Below, piece by piece: positions 1 to 13,732 of a DNA stretch of 64,000 bases (positions are counted from its first letter, which is position 1; every line of letters starts with the position of its first letter). Position numbers and translations under genes: made by a program. Under the pieces are notes generated by a model that was given only the letters and a program-made list of their open reading frames with translations, was not told the origin of the DNA and searched no databases. Source of the stretch: Gnetum montanum (Eukaryota > Plantae > Gnetophyta); NCBI GenBank assembly GCA_015680685.1, contig MNCI01002465.1, forward strand, positions 423,268 to 487,267. The letters are read 5' to 3'.

Positions 1-397
1 GATTTGCAACTTTGTCATCCTTGTGATCCTTTAACTGTTTGTCTAATTTTTCAAAGTCTGCCATTGAGTTATACTGTCTTGAATAATTAAAACATCGTGT
101 TAAAAATTGCTCCATTTTATCTTTGCAATTTTCACTTTTTTCTGTCATACACATTAACTTTTCACTTATCTTCTTTCTTAATTCTACATCTATCATGTTG
201 CTTCATGCATAGCCATAAATGGTAAAATGCTTAGACACACAATCTTCATAGAAAAGTGCAAATAATATAGGAAAAATCTTCTCTTTGTCAAGGTATCCTA
301 AAGCACCTAGAATTGTGATGCTTATAGTGGAACTAGCCTGAGACTTGCTTGAGTTTGAGATGCTAGAAATAGTCTTTGACACTATCATTTTTGTTGT
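1..397 (-). pseudogene. G6PD: Plastid glucose-6-phosphate dehydrogenase processed fragment, copy 1 (continues beyond the window's left edge)
   Basis: ORF 203..433 reads [39 protein letters not shown], a degenerate form of [29 protein letters not shown]. The DNA aligns collinearly with 18816-19205. It is interrupted at 398 by a copia LTR. Confidence 0.9.
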
Positions 398-922
398 TGT
401 AAGAGAATAATTGTGCAAAAAATTGGATTGCATAAGAAATCAAAGTACAGAATGCAGAAGCAAATGGAACAAGAAATTCACATACATAAATAACTAGAAA
501 TGCACAATGCTTGAGAAAATGGAATTGACCTCCAGCCATTAATGCCTCAAATTAAATATGCTATTTAGATTCTTGTTTCACACTAGCACTTTGCAACGAT
601 GATGTATGCAACGCTTAAGCATCTGTAAAAGGGACTAGAACTACAGTCTTGCTATGATTCATGGTACCTTTATTTTTCCATCAAGAATGAATTTATAGGC
701 CATAAAATTCATTACCATGAGAAAAATTTGAAAAATAAGAGACCCAAATCCTCATTTGGATGTGGATGCCACCCCAACGCCAATGAAAAAATGTGTTATG
801 CCAATGCATAAATGTGTGATGCCAACACATAAACACATAATGCTAATGTCTAAATGTGTTATGCCAATGCATAACACATCAGCAAATATGGAGTCCACTT
901 CAATGTGTAAATGCATGTTACA
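398..922 (-). repeat. 3' LTR of copia element 1, with an internal ~21-bp tandem repeat (TGTGTTATGCCAATGCATAAA-like, ~790-915)
   Basis: TG...CA termini, adjacent PPT, and homology to 6245-6303. Confidence 0.85.
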
Positions 923-3900
923 ATCTCCCACTTGGTCTCCATATTTAATCAAATCCAGATTTTAAGAAATAAATGCATAAATCATGGTGATAGTTCCTCT
1001 CAATGTGAGTATTATCTTCCATGTATTATAATGTATTATTTCTCAAAACTTAATTTCTTATATGGTAACTTAATGTTATGAATTAACCCAATGTTCATTC
1101 TATGTCCTACCATATGTGTATTTTCTCTAATAACTATATGCACAAAACATATAAGAAAATAACACAATTGAATAAGAATTTCATTAAGACTATAAGTTGT
1201 ATGCATAAAAAATTATATTATGGAACCAAGTTTCATCTGAACTACATGATCCTTAAATGACTTCATTGGCATTCCTTTTGTGAAAGGATTAGCTATCATT
1301 AATTCAGTGCTTATATGTGAAATGACCACTTTGTTTTTCTTAATGCATTCCCTTATGGCTAAGTACTTGATGTATTTACTTTGACTGCCACTCTTATTAT
1401 TCTTAGTGTTAAAGATAGCAGTTGAATTGTCACAAAACATTCTTAATGGCCTAGATATAGAATCCACAATTCTAAGCCCTATTATGAAGCTCTTTAACCA
1501 TACACATTTGAAGTAGCCTCAAAACAAGAAATGAACTCTGCCTCCACTGTGGAAATAGCAATCAAAGTTTGCTTTCCACATAACTAGATGTGGATTTCCA
1601 TGGATCAACATAGCTACAAAGTCTAAATCAGAGTAGCTAGCCACCTCCAAAGGAGTTAGTTGATTTATACATAAGCATGTAATCTTTTTTACCTTGAAGG
1701 TACCTCATCACTTTCTTTACAACCCTCCAGTGGTCAATACCAAAATTACTTTGATAGTAATGTCAGGTCTTGTGTAGACCAAAGCTTACATAAGGCTTCC
1801 AAAAGCTGAAGCATATAGAATGTTGCTCATCTAGCTCTTCTCTAAATCATTCCTAGGGCACTAGTTTAAATTGAACCTGTAACCCTTCATAATGGATGCT
1901 ATGATGGGTGAAAAATATTTCATCTGAAACCTCTCTAAAAAATTATTGATATAGGTTTTCTGCACTACTCCTAGAATACATCTAGATCTTTCCCTATGGA
2001 TCTAAATGCCAATGACATAAGATGCCTTACCCAAATCCTTCATGTTGAAATTCTTAGAGAGAAAATGTTTTACCTCATATAGAAATCCACTATTATTGGT
2101 TGCAAGAAGGATATCATCCACATATAGAACAAGGAAATAGATTTTGCTCAGACTAACCATTTGGTATATACATTAATCAATGATGTTTTCTTCAAAACCA
2201 AATGAAGTGATGATATCATGGAATTTTAAGTACCATTGATGGAAGGCCTATTTCAATCCATATATGGATTTCTTGAGCTTGCATACCAATTGCTCACCAT
2301 CACTAGAGAAAAATCCTTCAGGTTGTTTCATATAAACCTCTTCCTCTACATCACCATTAAGGAATGTTGGTTTTACATCCATTTGATGTAATTCAAGATC
2401 AAAATGGGCAACCAATGCCACGATAACACAAAGGGAGTCCTTCTTAGATACAAGAGAAAAGGTCTCCTTGTAATCTATTCCCTCTTTCTGAGTGAACCCT
2501 TTAGTGACAAGTCTACACTTATATCTTTCAATGTTACCCAATGAGTCTTTCTTAGTCTTGAAGATCCATTTGCATCCAATGGATTTTACACCATCACGCA
2601 ACTTGACAGGATCCCAAACTTCATTAGATGACATAGAGTTCATCTCAACTTTCATGGCATCATACCACAAGTTAGATTCCTTACAACGCATGGCTTGTAA
2701 AAATTTTTTGGGATCATTTTTGGCTCCCATGTTGTAGTCAGACTCCTGTAGGTACATCATATAGTTAGTAGGAATCACTGATCACCTTACTCTAATAGAT
2801 CTTCTTAATGTTGGTTCATCATTCTCTTGAGGATCATGATGTTCAACAAGCTATTTAATAGGTTTTGGTATCTGTTGTTCTACTAGATCTACGACTTATT
2901 GATTAGCAGTTTGTTGAACTTGAATGATTGGTTGTTGTTCATTACACATTTTTGCTCTAAGCATATTGTGCATAACAATGAATCTATCATTTCAAATAGT
3001 TGGTTGAGCATCTATATGATCTATCTTAGGAATAATGTTCCAAGATCTATTGCTCCTACTAATCAAGTCATTATCAAGAAATTTAGCATTCCTTGATTTT
3101 ACAAACCTAGTAGTATGTGATGGGAAATAAAATTTGTATCCCTTAGACCATTCAACATATCCAAAAAATACCCACTTGTGTCTTTGGTTCTAGCTTCATA
3201 CTTGTGGATTATAGACTCTTACTTTAGATGGGCATCCCTAAATGCATATATATCACAAACTCAGTTTCCAAACTTTCCATAATTCAAATGGTGTATTTGA
3301 GAAAGCCTTGGTTGAAACTCACTTTAATATATACAATGACATCTTAAGAGCTTTATTCTATAAGGACTCAGGAAGCTTGGAGCTGCTAAGTATACTCTGC
3401 ACCATATTCAATAATGTTTGGTTTCTTCTTTCTGCCACACCATTTTGGTTTGGAGAACTAAGCATAATATACTAGACAACAATTCCATTCTCTTGAAGAA
3501 ACTTAGCAAATGGACTAGGTGCTTGTCCATCATCAATATATCTACCATAGTATTCACCACCTCTATCAGATCTCACTAACTTTATTTGCTTATCACATTG
3601 TTTCTCTACTTCAACCTTAAACACCTTAAAGGCATCTAAAGCTTAAATCTTGTTATGAAGCAAGTAGAGATACATATATTGTGAGTAATCATCAATAAAG
3701 GTAATGAAATACTTTTGACCATACACATCCATATCTAGACTACAAATATCTGTATGTATAATCTCTAATATTTCTAAACTCCTCTTGGCACCTTTCTTTG
3801 ACATATTAGTCTACTTTCCCTTTATGTAGTCCACACAAGTGTTAAAGTCAGAAAAATCTAGAATACTAAGTAATCCATCATTTACTAATCTCTTAATTAT

Positions 3901-6303
3901 CTTAATAGAGATATGTCCTAATCTGCATGCCATAACATAGAGGATTCATCATATATAACACATCTCTTAATGCTAGCATGATCATGCATAGAAGTATAAG
4001 AAGTTTTCTTTTATAAATTAATGTTGAAAAGACCATCTGCCAATGTACCATTTCCAATAAGTTCATATCTATAATATAGACTAAATATTGTATCTAAAAA
4101 ATTAAAGGAAAATCCCAATGATACAAGCCTTAAAACAAAATTTAAATTCTTTGAAAAACTAGGAATATAAAATGTTTTTTCCAACTCTAAAACAAAACCA
4201 CTGCTTAAAACTAATTTGCATATTTTGATTGCCTCCACACATGAGCACATCTTGTTGCTTAAATAGATGTAGGACTCACTTCCCACTAGCTTCCTTAGGT
4301 TTTTCAGCCCTTGCAAGGAATTGATAACATAAATTATAAAACTAGAATCAATCCACCATGTGTCATGGCCAACATCAACCATATTAGATTCAAAACAAAC
4401 AAGTGAGAGTTGAGTACCTTTCTTTTCAAGACATTTTTGATATTTAGAACAATCCTTCTTTATGTTCCCTTTCATTTTATAGAAAAAACATCTAGATTCC
4501 ATTTTAATATCAGCTTGTGCAAGAAATTTGACCTTCCACTTACCTTTGGCTTATTCTTTATTCTTTCCTTGTGTAGCCAAATGCACCCTCTGTTTCTCTT
4601 CCATAGCAAGTCTCCCCTCTTCTTACACATACATGGTCATTAGTTAATTGATTAACCATTTGTCCTTATGTGTTTTATAAGAAATCTTAAAGTGTCCGTA
4701 CTGCAGTCAGAGTGTGTTTAAGATGTAGTGCACAAGGAAAGTCTAACATCTCAACATCAAGTGTTTTAAGTTTAGCTGCTATATCCCTCATTTTCATGAT
4801 GTGCTCATGCACACCATAAATTTTAGTGAGCTTCATCGATGAGAACTTCATTATCAAGGTGTTGGCCAATGCCTTTTTTGATGACTCAAATTGTTTATCA
4901 ATGGCCTTTAACAAAGTGCACACCTTGTCATACTGTACTAGTGAACCACACATACTAGGTAAGATCTTGGTTTTCTTGAACATGACACAAAGGCGATTAG
5001 ATTGTTCCCATTTTTCATAATTACCAATATCATTCAGATGGCTGATTACTGTAACAGCAGGTAGTTTATCCTTATAGATAGCATAATCAATGTACATCTA
5101 GCCTAAATGAAGAAGAATTATCTCCTTCCACACCTTATAATTATCACCCTTAAATTTAGGAATTTCACATTTAAAATCAAAGTAGATTATAGGTTGTAAA
5201 ACCACATAATTAAACATGCTTATGTCACTAAATTTGAGGTTAAAATACCATAAGATATGTTTGCCAATGTAAAACATAAAAAATATGAATCAAATGACAT
5301 AAAATTGCCTATGGGCTAAATTTTAATTCAAACAAATTCATATATCTTTACAGTGAAACTATTAAATTATATTTCTTTTCTTAATCCCTATGGGTAAATT
5401 AAGAAAAATAATTTAACATATCATCTTAATTAATCATATTAAATACAATAAAAATTCATGTGGGATAAAATTTTTCATATTACATATGATTAATCATAAT
5501 TTTTAATGTTGTCTACCATATGTGATCCAAAAGCTCTTAGTACATAATTTTGCATAATTAAAGATGTTTTGGCTACTCTCTAATTATACAAAATTATATA
5601 GGTCACTAGTTATAATTCATATGTAGAAAATGATGCATACATATGCAAAAATATGCATAAAATTAATAAACTACCAAATTCAACATGGTATAAACATAAT
5701 TTTATCAAACTATTGAACAACTTTATGCATATGCAGTTGTTACCACTTTATCAAAAATGTTGAATGACTTGATGCATATAATTGTAGGAAAAATACATGA
5801 TGGATGTACGACTTTATCAAAACATATAACTTCAAACCTATGGGAAAATAACACCTTTAAAATTTAGGTTACAACTACTTTGCATTTCCATGACACATGC
5901 ATAGGATCTTTCCTCAAGTATATTTAATGTATGCATATCAAATTGGTGGGTGTGATCCCTATGCCCATATCCTACACAAAACTTTGCTAATGTTATACTT
6001 GTCATGCTAAGGGAAACATTTCCTAGGAAGGTTAAACTCGTACCCAAGTTAACCCTTATTGAAGAATTTTCACTAGATTCCATGCACTATGATACAACTT
6101 ACAACATGGTATTTCAAGAAATCATGATGCATACATAAATCACAAAAGTTTAGCTATGCGTAGAAATATTAAACAATGTTGTCTCTAGATTGCACCATCA
6201 TCAAAAACTGCATCAAGACAAAGATCTAATGCTTCGATACCAAATGTTAGAAAATAATTATGCAGAAAACTAAATTGCACAAGAAATCAAAGTATAGAAT
6301 GCA
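398..6303 (-). mobile_element. Ty1/copia LTR retrotransposon (Ikeros/Angela-like), degenerate, 5' LTR largely deleted
   Basis: 3' LTR at 398-922, PPT (rc AGTGGGAGA) at 924-932, PBS tRNA-Met (rc TGGTATCGAAGC) at 6231-6242, and a 5' LTR remnant at 6245-6303 matching 398-456. Domains: gag (IDYAI..YEKWEQSNRL) 4687-5097, protease (WWIDS) ~4350, integrase ~3100-3900, RT (KGFTQKEGIDYKETFS, ELHQMDVK) 2248-2778, RNase H 1213-1600. Confidence 0.92.
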
Positions 6304-6895
6304 AAGAATCTTAAAGATCCACTAATCGATTTTTCTTTAAGTGTTAGCTCTTTTCTTTGGTTGCCTCTATTTAGTACTAGGGTAGCTAAAATCTTGGATA
6401 TTTTTCTTTGATGGTGAAGAGTAAGGATCCATTCAACACTTGTCTTCTTGGACTACATTTGCCCACTCTGCTTGAATGTATCCAATTCAAAATATCACTA
6501 TCATCTTGCCTCTACTCTCTTCCTACTATTAGATCTTGGAGGCTAGGTAGTTGAATCAATTGTACTATTAGCAACTTTATTATAATTCTCTAATCCTTTC
6601 TTAAGGTCATCTTGCCCAAGTGATGGTATCCCCTTATGAACCATATACTCTACAACCTTTTGGATTCATCTCCCTATGCACAGTAACCTAGCTTGGAGTC
6701 TACATCCCATCCATGAATCAAATCACTCTAGATCATATACCATACACATCACCAAGCAACTCAAGAGAAAACTGGTGCCATCATTTCTACTCACCCTCTG
6801 CATGGAGGATCAATACTATTTGCAAAACACCCTCCATGGCCTCAAAACTTGTAAATCCATCTATGTTCTTTTGAGAAATGGCTATGCATAGTTAT
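6304..6895 (-). pseudogene. DUF707-family processed fragment (3' CDS and 3' flank), copy 1
   Basis: Aligns collinearly with 19425-20033; for example GTAAGGATCCATTCAACACTTGTCTTCTTGGACT versus GTAAGGATCCGTCCAACACTTGTCTTCTCGGACT. No introns. Confidence 0.88.
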
Positions 6896-7446
6896 TAGTG
6901 GATCTAATATAGTTGGTAATGTTAACAGTATCTCTGTCATAATTCTCGTCCATGCAAAAGGTTGGGGAAGAACAACCTAGGCATCCTAGTTGAGCTTCCA
7001 TTGCTAATGTCATCCTTGGAGATACACCAGTATCCCTATGAGTTCTTCTTTGATCCCATTTTTTGATTGAAGATGATATTGGACATGGCCTATACTCCTT
7101 TATGTTTGGGTTTATAATAGTAGTACCATTCTTATCAATGATGTTGATGTGTTCCATTAAACTCATTTAGAGTTTGAAGTAGCAATCCTTGATACAACAC
7201 CGATCTACTAGGATCCAAATCATAACTTTCACTTCTTGTATTAGAAACAAGGCCTTTAACCAAGTGTTTTGTGAGATATTTTTTGAAGTGCTGAAATTTG
7301 AGCTATGGAAATCCTAGTTTTCATTTAGCAGACAAAATTTGCAAAACTTGATTAAAATTTCCATTGATGTTATTGACACAATGCCCATTTAACAAACCTT
7401 GGGATAAGATATTGTGAGCCATGGCATCCTTGCTCTTTATTTTAAA
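6896..7446 (-). mobile_element. Highly degenerate copia gag remnant
   Basis: Minus-strand frames contain KALFLIQ and SRIATSNSK*V*WNT, resembling copia gag KALFLIQQ..RIAxATTSKEAW. Confidence 0.4.
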
Positions 7447-7456
7447 TGTGTTTAAT

Positions 7457-10400
7457 TGTTAAACATGCTTTTTTTAATTTGTCATAGTCTTTAGGAATAG
7501 TCCTTAGGAATTCAGTTGTTATTTTTGTTCTTTAGAAGTTGCTTCATATTAGGATTCAGTTGCTATTTTCTCTCTTTAGGAGTTGCTTCATATTAGGATT
7601 TAGTTGCTATTTTCTTTCTTTAGAAGTTTCTTCATATTAGGATTCAACTACTATTTTCCCTTGATGTATTTGCCTATTTAAAGACCATTATCAATTGAAT
7701 AAAAATGTGAAATTCATTTACCTTTGTTTGCCCCTATTTTATTTTTCTTTATCTAAGGTTAGTAGTGCATAACCTTAGAGGCTAATAGTGGTATTAGATC
7801 TTGGTTTAGAAGGCTAGAGAGAAAGCCCAGTTCAAGAGGCTAGAGAGAAAAGCATAGTAGTGCACTTAGTTTAAGAGGTTTGAGAGAAGAGCACAGTAGT
7901 GCATAAATGGCCTCTAAAAATTTTGTACATCCTACCATCCCATGGTTTGATGGTCACTATGACCATTGGCGCATGTTGATGGAAAATTTCATAGAGCCTA
8001 AGGAGTACTAGCAAGTTGTTGAAGATGGTGTAGTAGCACCTATAACTAAGGTGGCACTCACAAATGAACAAAGAAAGGAACTAGAGGGATTGAGGCTAAA
8101 ATATTTGAAGTCAAAGAATTATTTATTTCAAGAAATTGATCATTCTATCCTAGAGACTATTCTTAGAAAAGAAACATCCAAGGATATTTGGGATTCTATG
8201 AAGAAGAGATATTTGGGGTCTTGGAGAGTAAAGTGCATACATCTTCAAGCCTTGAGAAGGGATTTTGAAACTTTGTAGATGAAAGATGGGAAGTTTGTTA
8301 TCAGGTATTATGCAAGGAAAATGGGGATAGGCAATAACATGTGATTTCATGATGAGAATATGGAGGATGTGATTATTGTTGAAAAGATATTATGTTCCCC
8401 ATTTCCCAAGTCTGATTATGTTGTTTGTTCAATTGAAGAATACAAAGATGTTGATGCACTTTCCCTTGATGAACTTCAAAGTTCTTTTTTAGTCCATGAA
8501 TAGAAGATGAGTTGAAATTCAAATTCTGAAGAGCAAGATTTGAAGGCTTCTACTTTTAATTATTCCTTAATAGGAAGATGTGAGGTAGAGGTACAGGAAG
8601 AGAAGATTGAGATAATAGAGATGGCAGCAGACATTTCAAAGGGGATGGTGATAAATTTTAAGGTAAAGGTAGAGGACAAGTTGATAAATCTAAGGTGGAA
8701 TGCTTTAGATGTCATAAATACAAACACTATCATTCTAAATGCTACACTAAACTACCCAATGGCAAAGGAGAGAAATCAAATTTTGTAGAAGAGAAGGAGT
8801 TTGAGACTTTGATGATGGCTCTTCAAGCCAATTGAGAGTCTTAGTTAAATATATGGTATGTGGATACTAGTTGCAACAACCATATGTATGGATGTAAGTC
8901 TTTTCTTCTTACTTAGATAAAATTTTTCATTCCATAGTAAGTTTTGGTTATTGTTCTATTGTAAATGTAATGGGAAATGAGGATATTAACATTAGAACCA
9001 AGAATGGTTTTGTAGAAACAATTTCCAATGTTTTTTATGTTCTTGATTTGAAAAGTAATTTTTTAAGTGCTAGTCAATTGCAAGAGAAGGGTTATGTAAT
9101 AACCATTCAAAAGGGTGTTTGTGAAATTTATGATCCTTCAAGAGGAGCTATTGTAGTTGTTCAAATGAGCTCCAAAAAATTATTTTCATTAAGGATTGAA
9201 AGTGCTTAATCTTGCCTGAGGCTGAAGTAAAAGACACAACATGGCTTTGGCATTTTTGTTATTGTCACTTGATTTTTGGAGGATTAAAGACTACAAAAAA
9301 AAATATGGTGACCAATCTTCCTCAAACTACAATTCTTTCTAGAGTTTGTGAAGAATGTGTTGTTGGTAAACAACATTGTTCTTAATTATTTCAAGGAAAA
9401 TCATTAAGAGCAAAGAATGTTGTTGAGTTGGTTCACTTCGACATTTATGGGTCAATAAAACAATCTTAAAATGAAGGTAAGAGGTACTTGATCACCTTCA
9501 TTGATAATTATACTTTAAAAAATTGGATTTATCTTTTGTAGAAGTTGAAAGCTTTTACTGCATTTAAAATCTTCAAGATGCATGTTGAAAATGAGTTTAG
9601 AAAGATCATTAGGACTCTTCATATAGATCATGGAGGAGAATATTGTTCAAAAGAGTTTGATGTTTTGTGTGAGAATCATGGCATTCAAAGAGAACTCATA
9701 GCCCAATATACACTACAAAAAAATGGTGCATCAAAGATGAAAAATAGAATCATCCTTAATATGGTGAGAAGCCTCTTGGCAAGTGGAAGTGTTCTAAAGA
9801 GTTTCTAGCTAGAGGTTGTGAATTGGAGCATCCATGTTTTGAATAGAAGTCCTAGCTTTGTTATGCAAAACATGACACTAGAAGAGGCTTGGAGTGGGAG
9901 GAAACTAGTAGTGGATCACTTTAGAATCTTTGCTTCCATTTCCTATGCACATATCCTTGATGAGAAGTGGAAGAAGGTGGAGGATAAGAGTGAAAAATGT
10001 GTCTTTCTTGGCGTAAGTGAAGCATCCAAAGCATATAAATTGTATAATCCTCTAACAAAGAAGATTGTGACTAGTAGAGATGTCATCTTTGATAAAAAGA
10101 AAACTTGGAATTGGAATGGGTAGCAGCCTACTTCAATTATTTTTGATAGTGAAACTGTAGATTCTGTAGCACCCAAAACTATAGAACCTAGAACAACAGG
10201 CTTCAAAGCATCAAAAACTATGGATGCTGAAATTCAAAAAGCCATGGAGGCTAAAGCACCAAGAATTGTGAAGGCTAAGACTTCACCAATAGTAGTAGCA
10301 GTAGCTAAATCTTGTCATATTGGTAAAAGACCCTTATGGATGATGGATTATGAGGTAATTGGGATTAACCAATTTAATGACCCAATCACCCACTTTGTTT

Positions 10401-11885
10401 GGTTTGTAGATTGTGATCCCACAACTTTTGAAAGTGCTATTAAAGAATTAAAATTAAGAAAGGCAATGGAGGATGAAATTAATGCCATTGAGAAAAATGG
10501 TACTTGGGAGCTAGCTGATCTTCCAAAAGGAAACAAAACCATTGGTGTGAAATAGGTCTTCAAAACAAAACTAAACGAGACTAGTGAAGTTGACAATTAT
10601 AAGGTGTGATTGGTGGCTAAGGGATATAAGCAAGAATATGGGATTGAATCTAAAGAAGCATTTTCTCCTATTGCAAGGAATGATAAAATCATATTGGTGA
10701 TTGCATTGGTAGCTCAAAATTCATTGTCTATCTTCAAAATGGATGTCAATTCTACATTCTTGCATGAAGACTTGGAGGAAAAGGTATTTATTAATTAGCC
10801 TCTTAGTTTTATGAAGCTTAATAGTGAGCACAAGGACTATAAATTAAAAAAAAGACATTGTATGGACTAAAATAATCTCCAAGAGCTTGGTATAGTCATA
10901 TAAATACCTATTTTTCTAAGGAGGGATTTCAAAATTATCCATATGAGCATACACTTTTTGCAAATATTGATGAAGAAAAAGTGCTCATTGTATGTTTACA
11001 TGTTGATGATCTTATTATCACTTGGAATGATAGTGATTTATTTGAAAAATTTAAGAAGTCAATGATGGATGAGTTTGAAATGACTGATCTTGGAAACATG
11101 CATTACTATCTTGGCATGGAAGTAGTGCAATCGCTTATTGGAATCTTTATTTCTCAAAAGAAGTATGTTAGAGAAATTTTGGAGAGGTTTAAGATAAAAG
11201 GGTTGAAATCCTGTAAGCACCCCAATTGAGATTGTCTTGAGGCTAAACAAAGCTCCTAAAGGAAGCAAGGTGGAGGCTACACTTTACAAGTAAATTGTTG
11301 GGAGTCTAATGTATTTGACTACAACTAGACCTTGTATAATGCATGTTGTGAGTCTTATTAGCAGATACATGAAGTCTCCAAAGAAGATGCATTTTTTAGT
11401 TTCTAAATGAATATTTCGTTACTTGTAAGGGACTAAATATTTTTGGCTATTTTACAAGAAAGGTAAGAATTCTAATTTTCTGGGATTTGCTGATAATGAT
11501 TATGTAGGAGATCAAGATGATAGGAAGAGCACTTTGAGATATGTTTTTATGATGGGCACAAAGGTTGTTTCATGGTCATCTAAGAAGAAATTAATTATCA
11601 CATTGTCAACCATAGAGGTTGAATTTGTTGCTGCAACATCTTATGCTTGCCAAGCTATTTAGCTAAGAAAAATTCTTAATAAGCTATATTTCAAGTAAGA
11701 GGGAGATACTACAATTTTTTATGGCAATACTTTCACCATAAAGTTATCCAAACATCTTGTGCTACATGGAAGAAGCAAGCATATTGATGTGAGATTTCAC
11801 TTTTTGTGTGATCTATGCAATGATGGTGTTATTGATTTGGTGTTTTGTAAGACTAAAGATCAACTCACTAATATTCTAACCAAAC
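7457..11885 (+). mobile_element. Ty1/copia LTR retrotransposon (Ivana-like), 3'-truncated
   Basis: 5' LTR at ~7457-7787 with ~43-bp tandem repeats at 7506-7660, and PBS TGGTATTAGATC at 7789-7800. gag starts at ATG 7907 (MASKNFVHPTIPWFDGHYDHW). Also protease WYVDTSC ~8853, integrase ~9420-10120, RT (KGYKQEYGI, CLHVDDLI), and RNase H ending at DQLTNILTK ~11885. Confidence 0.9.
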
Positions 11886-13732
11886 CCACTGGCATTTCTT
11901 TTTGGTGCAATTGTTAACTTATTTCCCTTAAAAATTTCATGCAATCAATCATTTCTTGTTTCATCCCCATCAATGAGATCCATTGTATTGGCGTTGTTGT
12001 TGATATTTTTCATCTTTCTTGTTCCTTGTGTTTTTCTATCTTATAGCTACCAGAGGTTCACTCTTAGTCATGGGGGCCCTGGCACAAATTTTTCAATTTT
12101 TTCCATTTTACTAATTGCCTAACCCCTACACCTTGGGTAGTTGCCAGTGATAAATCTTCGAACCAGTTTTTTCCATAACCACAACTTAGCCAATGCACTT
12201 CATATCGAGGCAAGGTATCAACTGCATTGTGGATTATCTATCCTTGCTTATTTGTGAATGTGTTGTGTGTGCAGATGGAAATCATAAAAACAATGGACTA
12301 GGCTTGGAGGAAGCACTTAGGATGGATGGGAACTGGAGCATTTATAAAAGGAGCAAGTTTTGTGGCATGGCTATGGATAAACAATGAAAGGCACAATCTC
12401 GACATTGGTGGCAACACACTCCATCTTCTTTCTCTCTCTCTCTTTCTCTTCAAGCTGCCAAATAAAGGCTTGGATGTCATTTATGTATGAGTGTTTACCA
12501 CAATGGTCATGAAAACTAATGTTGTAACATGATTATTGATCTATTCACTAGACACATTGAGTCTATCATCCCATTCCACTGTTAGTTTTCAATTAGTCAA
12601 TAATCCCATACCTTCCCAATATTTTGTAAGGAACTTGAGAATGAGTTTTCATTCAATCATGGGGATATGATGAGAGCAGTTACTTTAGTAGTTATTCTAA
12701 TTATTAGAGGAGTTACTCTAGTGGTTACTATAGCATTTACTCTAATTATCAGAGAGGTTACTCTAGCGGTTACTTTAGAAGTTATCCTAATTATTAGAGT
12801 GGTTACTCTAGCAGTTACTTTAGTAGTTATTCTAATTATTAGAGTGGTTACTCTAGCGGATACTCTAGTAGTTATTCTAATTATTAGAGTGGTTACTCTA
12901 GTAGTTACTTTAGTAGTTATTTTAATTATTAGAGCGGTTACTCTAATTATTAGAGTAGTTGCTCCCAAATCTATAAATGCAATGCCCAAGCACATAATTG
13001 GAAAGAAGTCTTTTCGCAGTCAAGTAGTGAAACTCTTGTAGTCTGTTTGAAAGTTAGAGTATTTTCCAAGTGCCTACAGTAGGAGGTCTAAGTGTGGATG
13101 GATCTTTATTTGAGCATTGTGTACCTGAGCACACCTTGTGTATGGAAATAAAGACAAGCTCTTTGATTCATCCTTGTAGCACTTGAGATTTGTTTTCTTA
13201 TGCATTTATTTTATTTTATTTTCTTATGCATTTATTTTATTTTATGCACTTTACATTTATGTTATTAGCAGAGTAATTTATTTTGATCAATTAAGAAAAT
13301 TGTTAAATTACATAAGCATGACCACTTCGAGCATGTGTGTAATGCTTGGTAACCTAGTAATGATTAGCGTTTGGTAATCCCAGAAATGTTCCACTTGTTT
13401 AGGATGTGTACAACAAGTGGGAATGGATGCTAGTGTTAGGATTAGTTAGAACATAGTTAATGAGTAGTTAAGTTAAATTAGTCACTTATTTACCTCTCTC
13501 CTTCCCTACTAGTTCAAGACATAAAAACATAAAAGCTATAAAAAATCATATGCCTCAAGCTTACTTAACCATAAAATTGTGACATATAGGTAAGCTTGGG
13601 AAGATAATGATTAACCAACCCATCCTTATTCTACAAGGATTCATAAGCACTTAGTCTTTAGAATTTGACCGGATTGTATGTGAAATACTCATATTCATAT
13701 GGTTGAGCATAGGGGTACCTTGCCACTTATCA
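11886..13732 (+). mobile_element. Athila-like 3' fragment: 3' non-coding region, PPT and LTR (12668-13732)
   Basis: Inverted homolog of 32556-34155. LTR termini are TGATGAG...CTTATCA, with PPT-like GGGGA just before 12668. Confidence 0.85.
12674..12960. repeat. 45-bp tandem array (~6 units; three 12-bp GYRGTTACTCTA subunits plus ATTATYAGA) at the start of the LTR
   Basis: Directly visible; it produces the 15-aa periodic ORFs 12657..12995 and 12667..13041. Confidence 0.9.

Noticed and set aside
752-965. Cys/Met/His-rich repetitive ORFs
   Set aside because: They are translations of the ~21-bp LTR tandem repeat.
12674-12960. Possible CRISPR-like array (also 56818-57043 and 7506-7660)
   Set aside because: Head-to-tail repeats without unique spacers, no cas genes, and a plant TE context.
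12657-13041. Periodic hydrophobic ORFs on both strands (112 and 124 aa)
   Set aside because: They are a by-product of a stop-free 45-bp tandem array inside an LTR.
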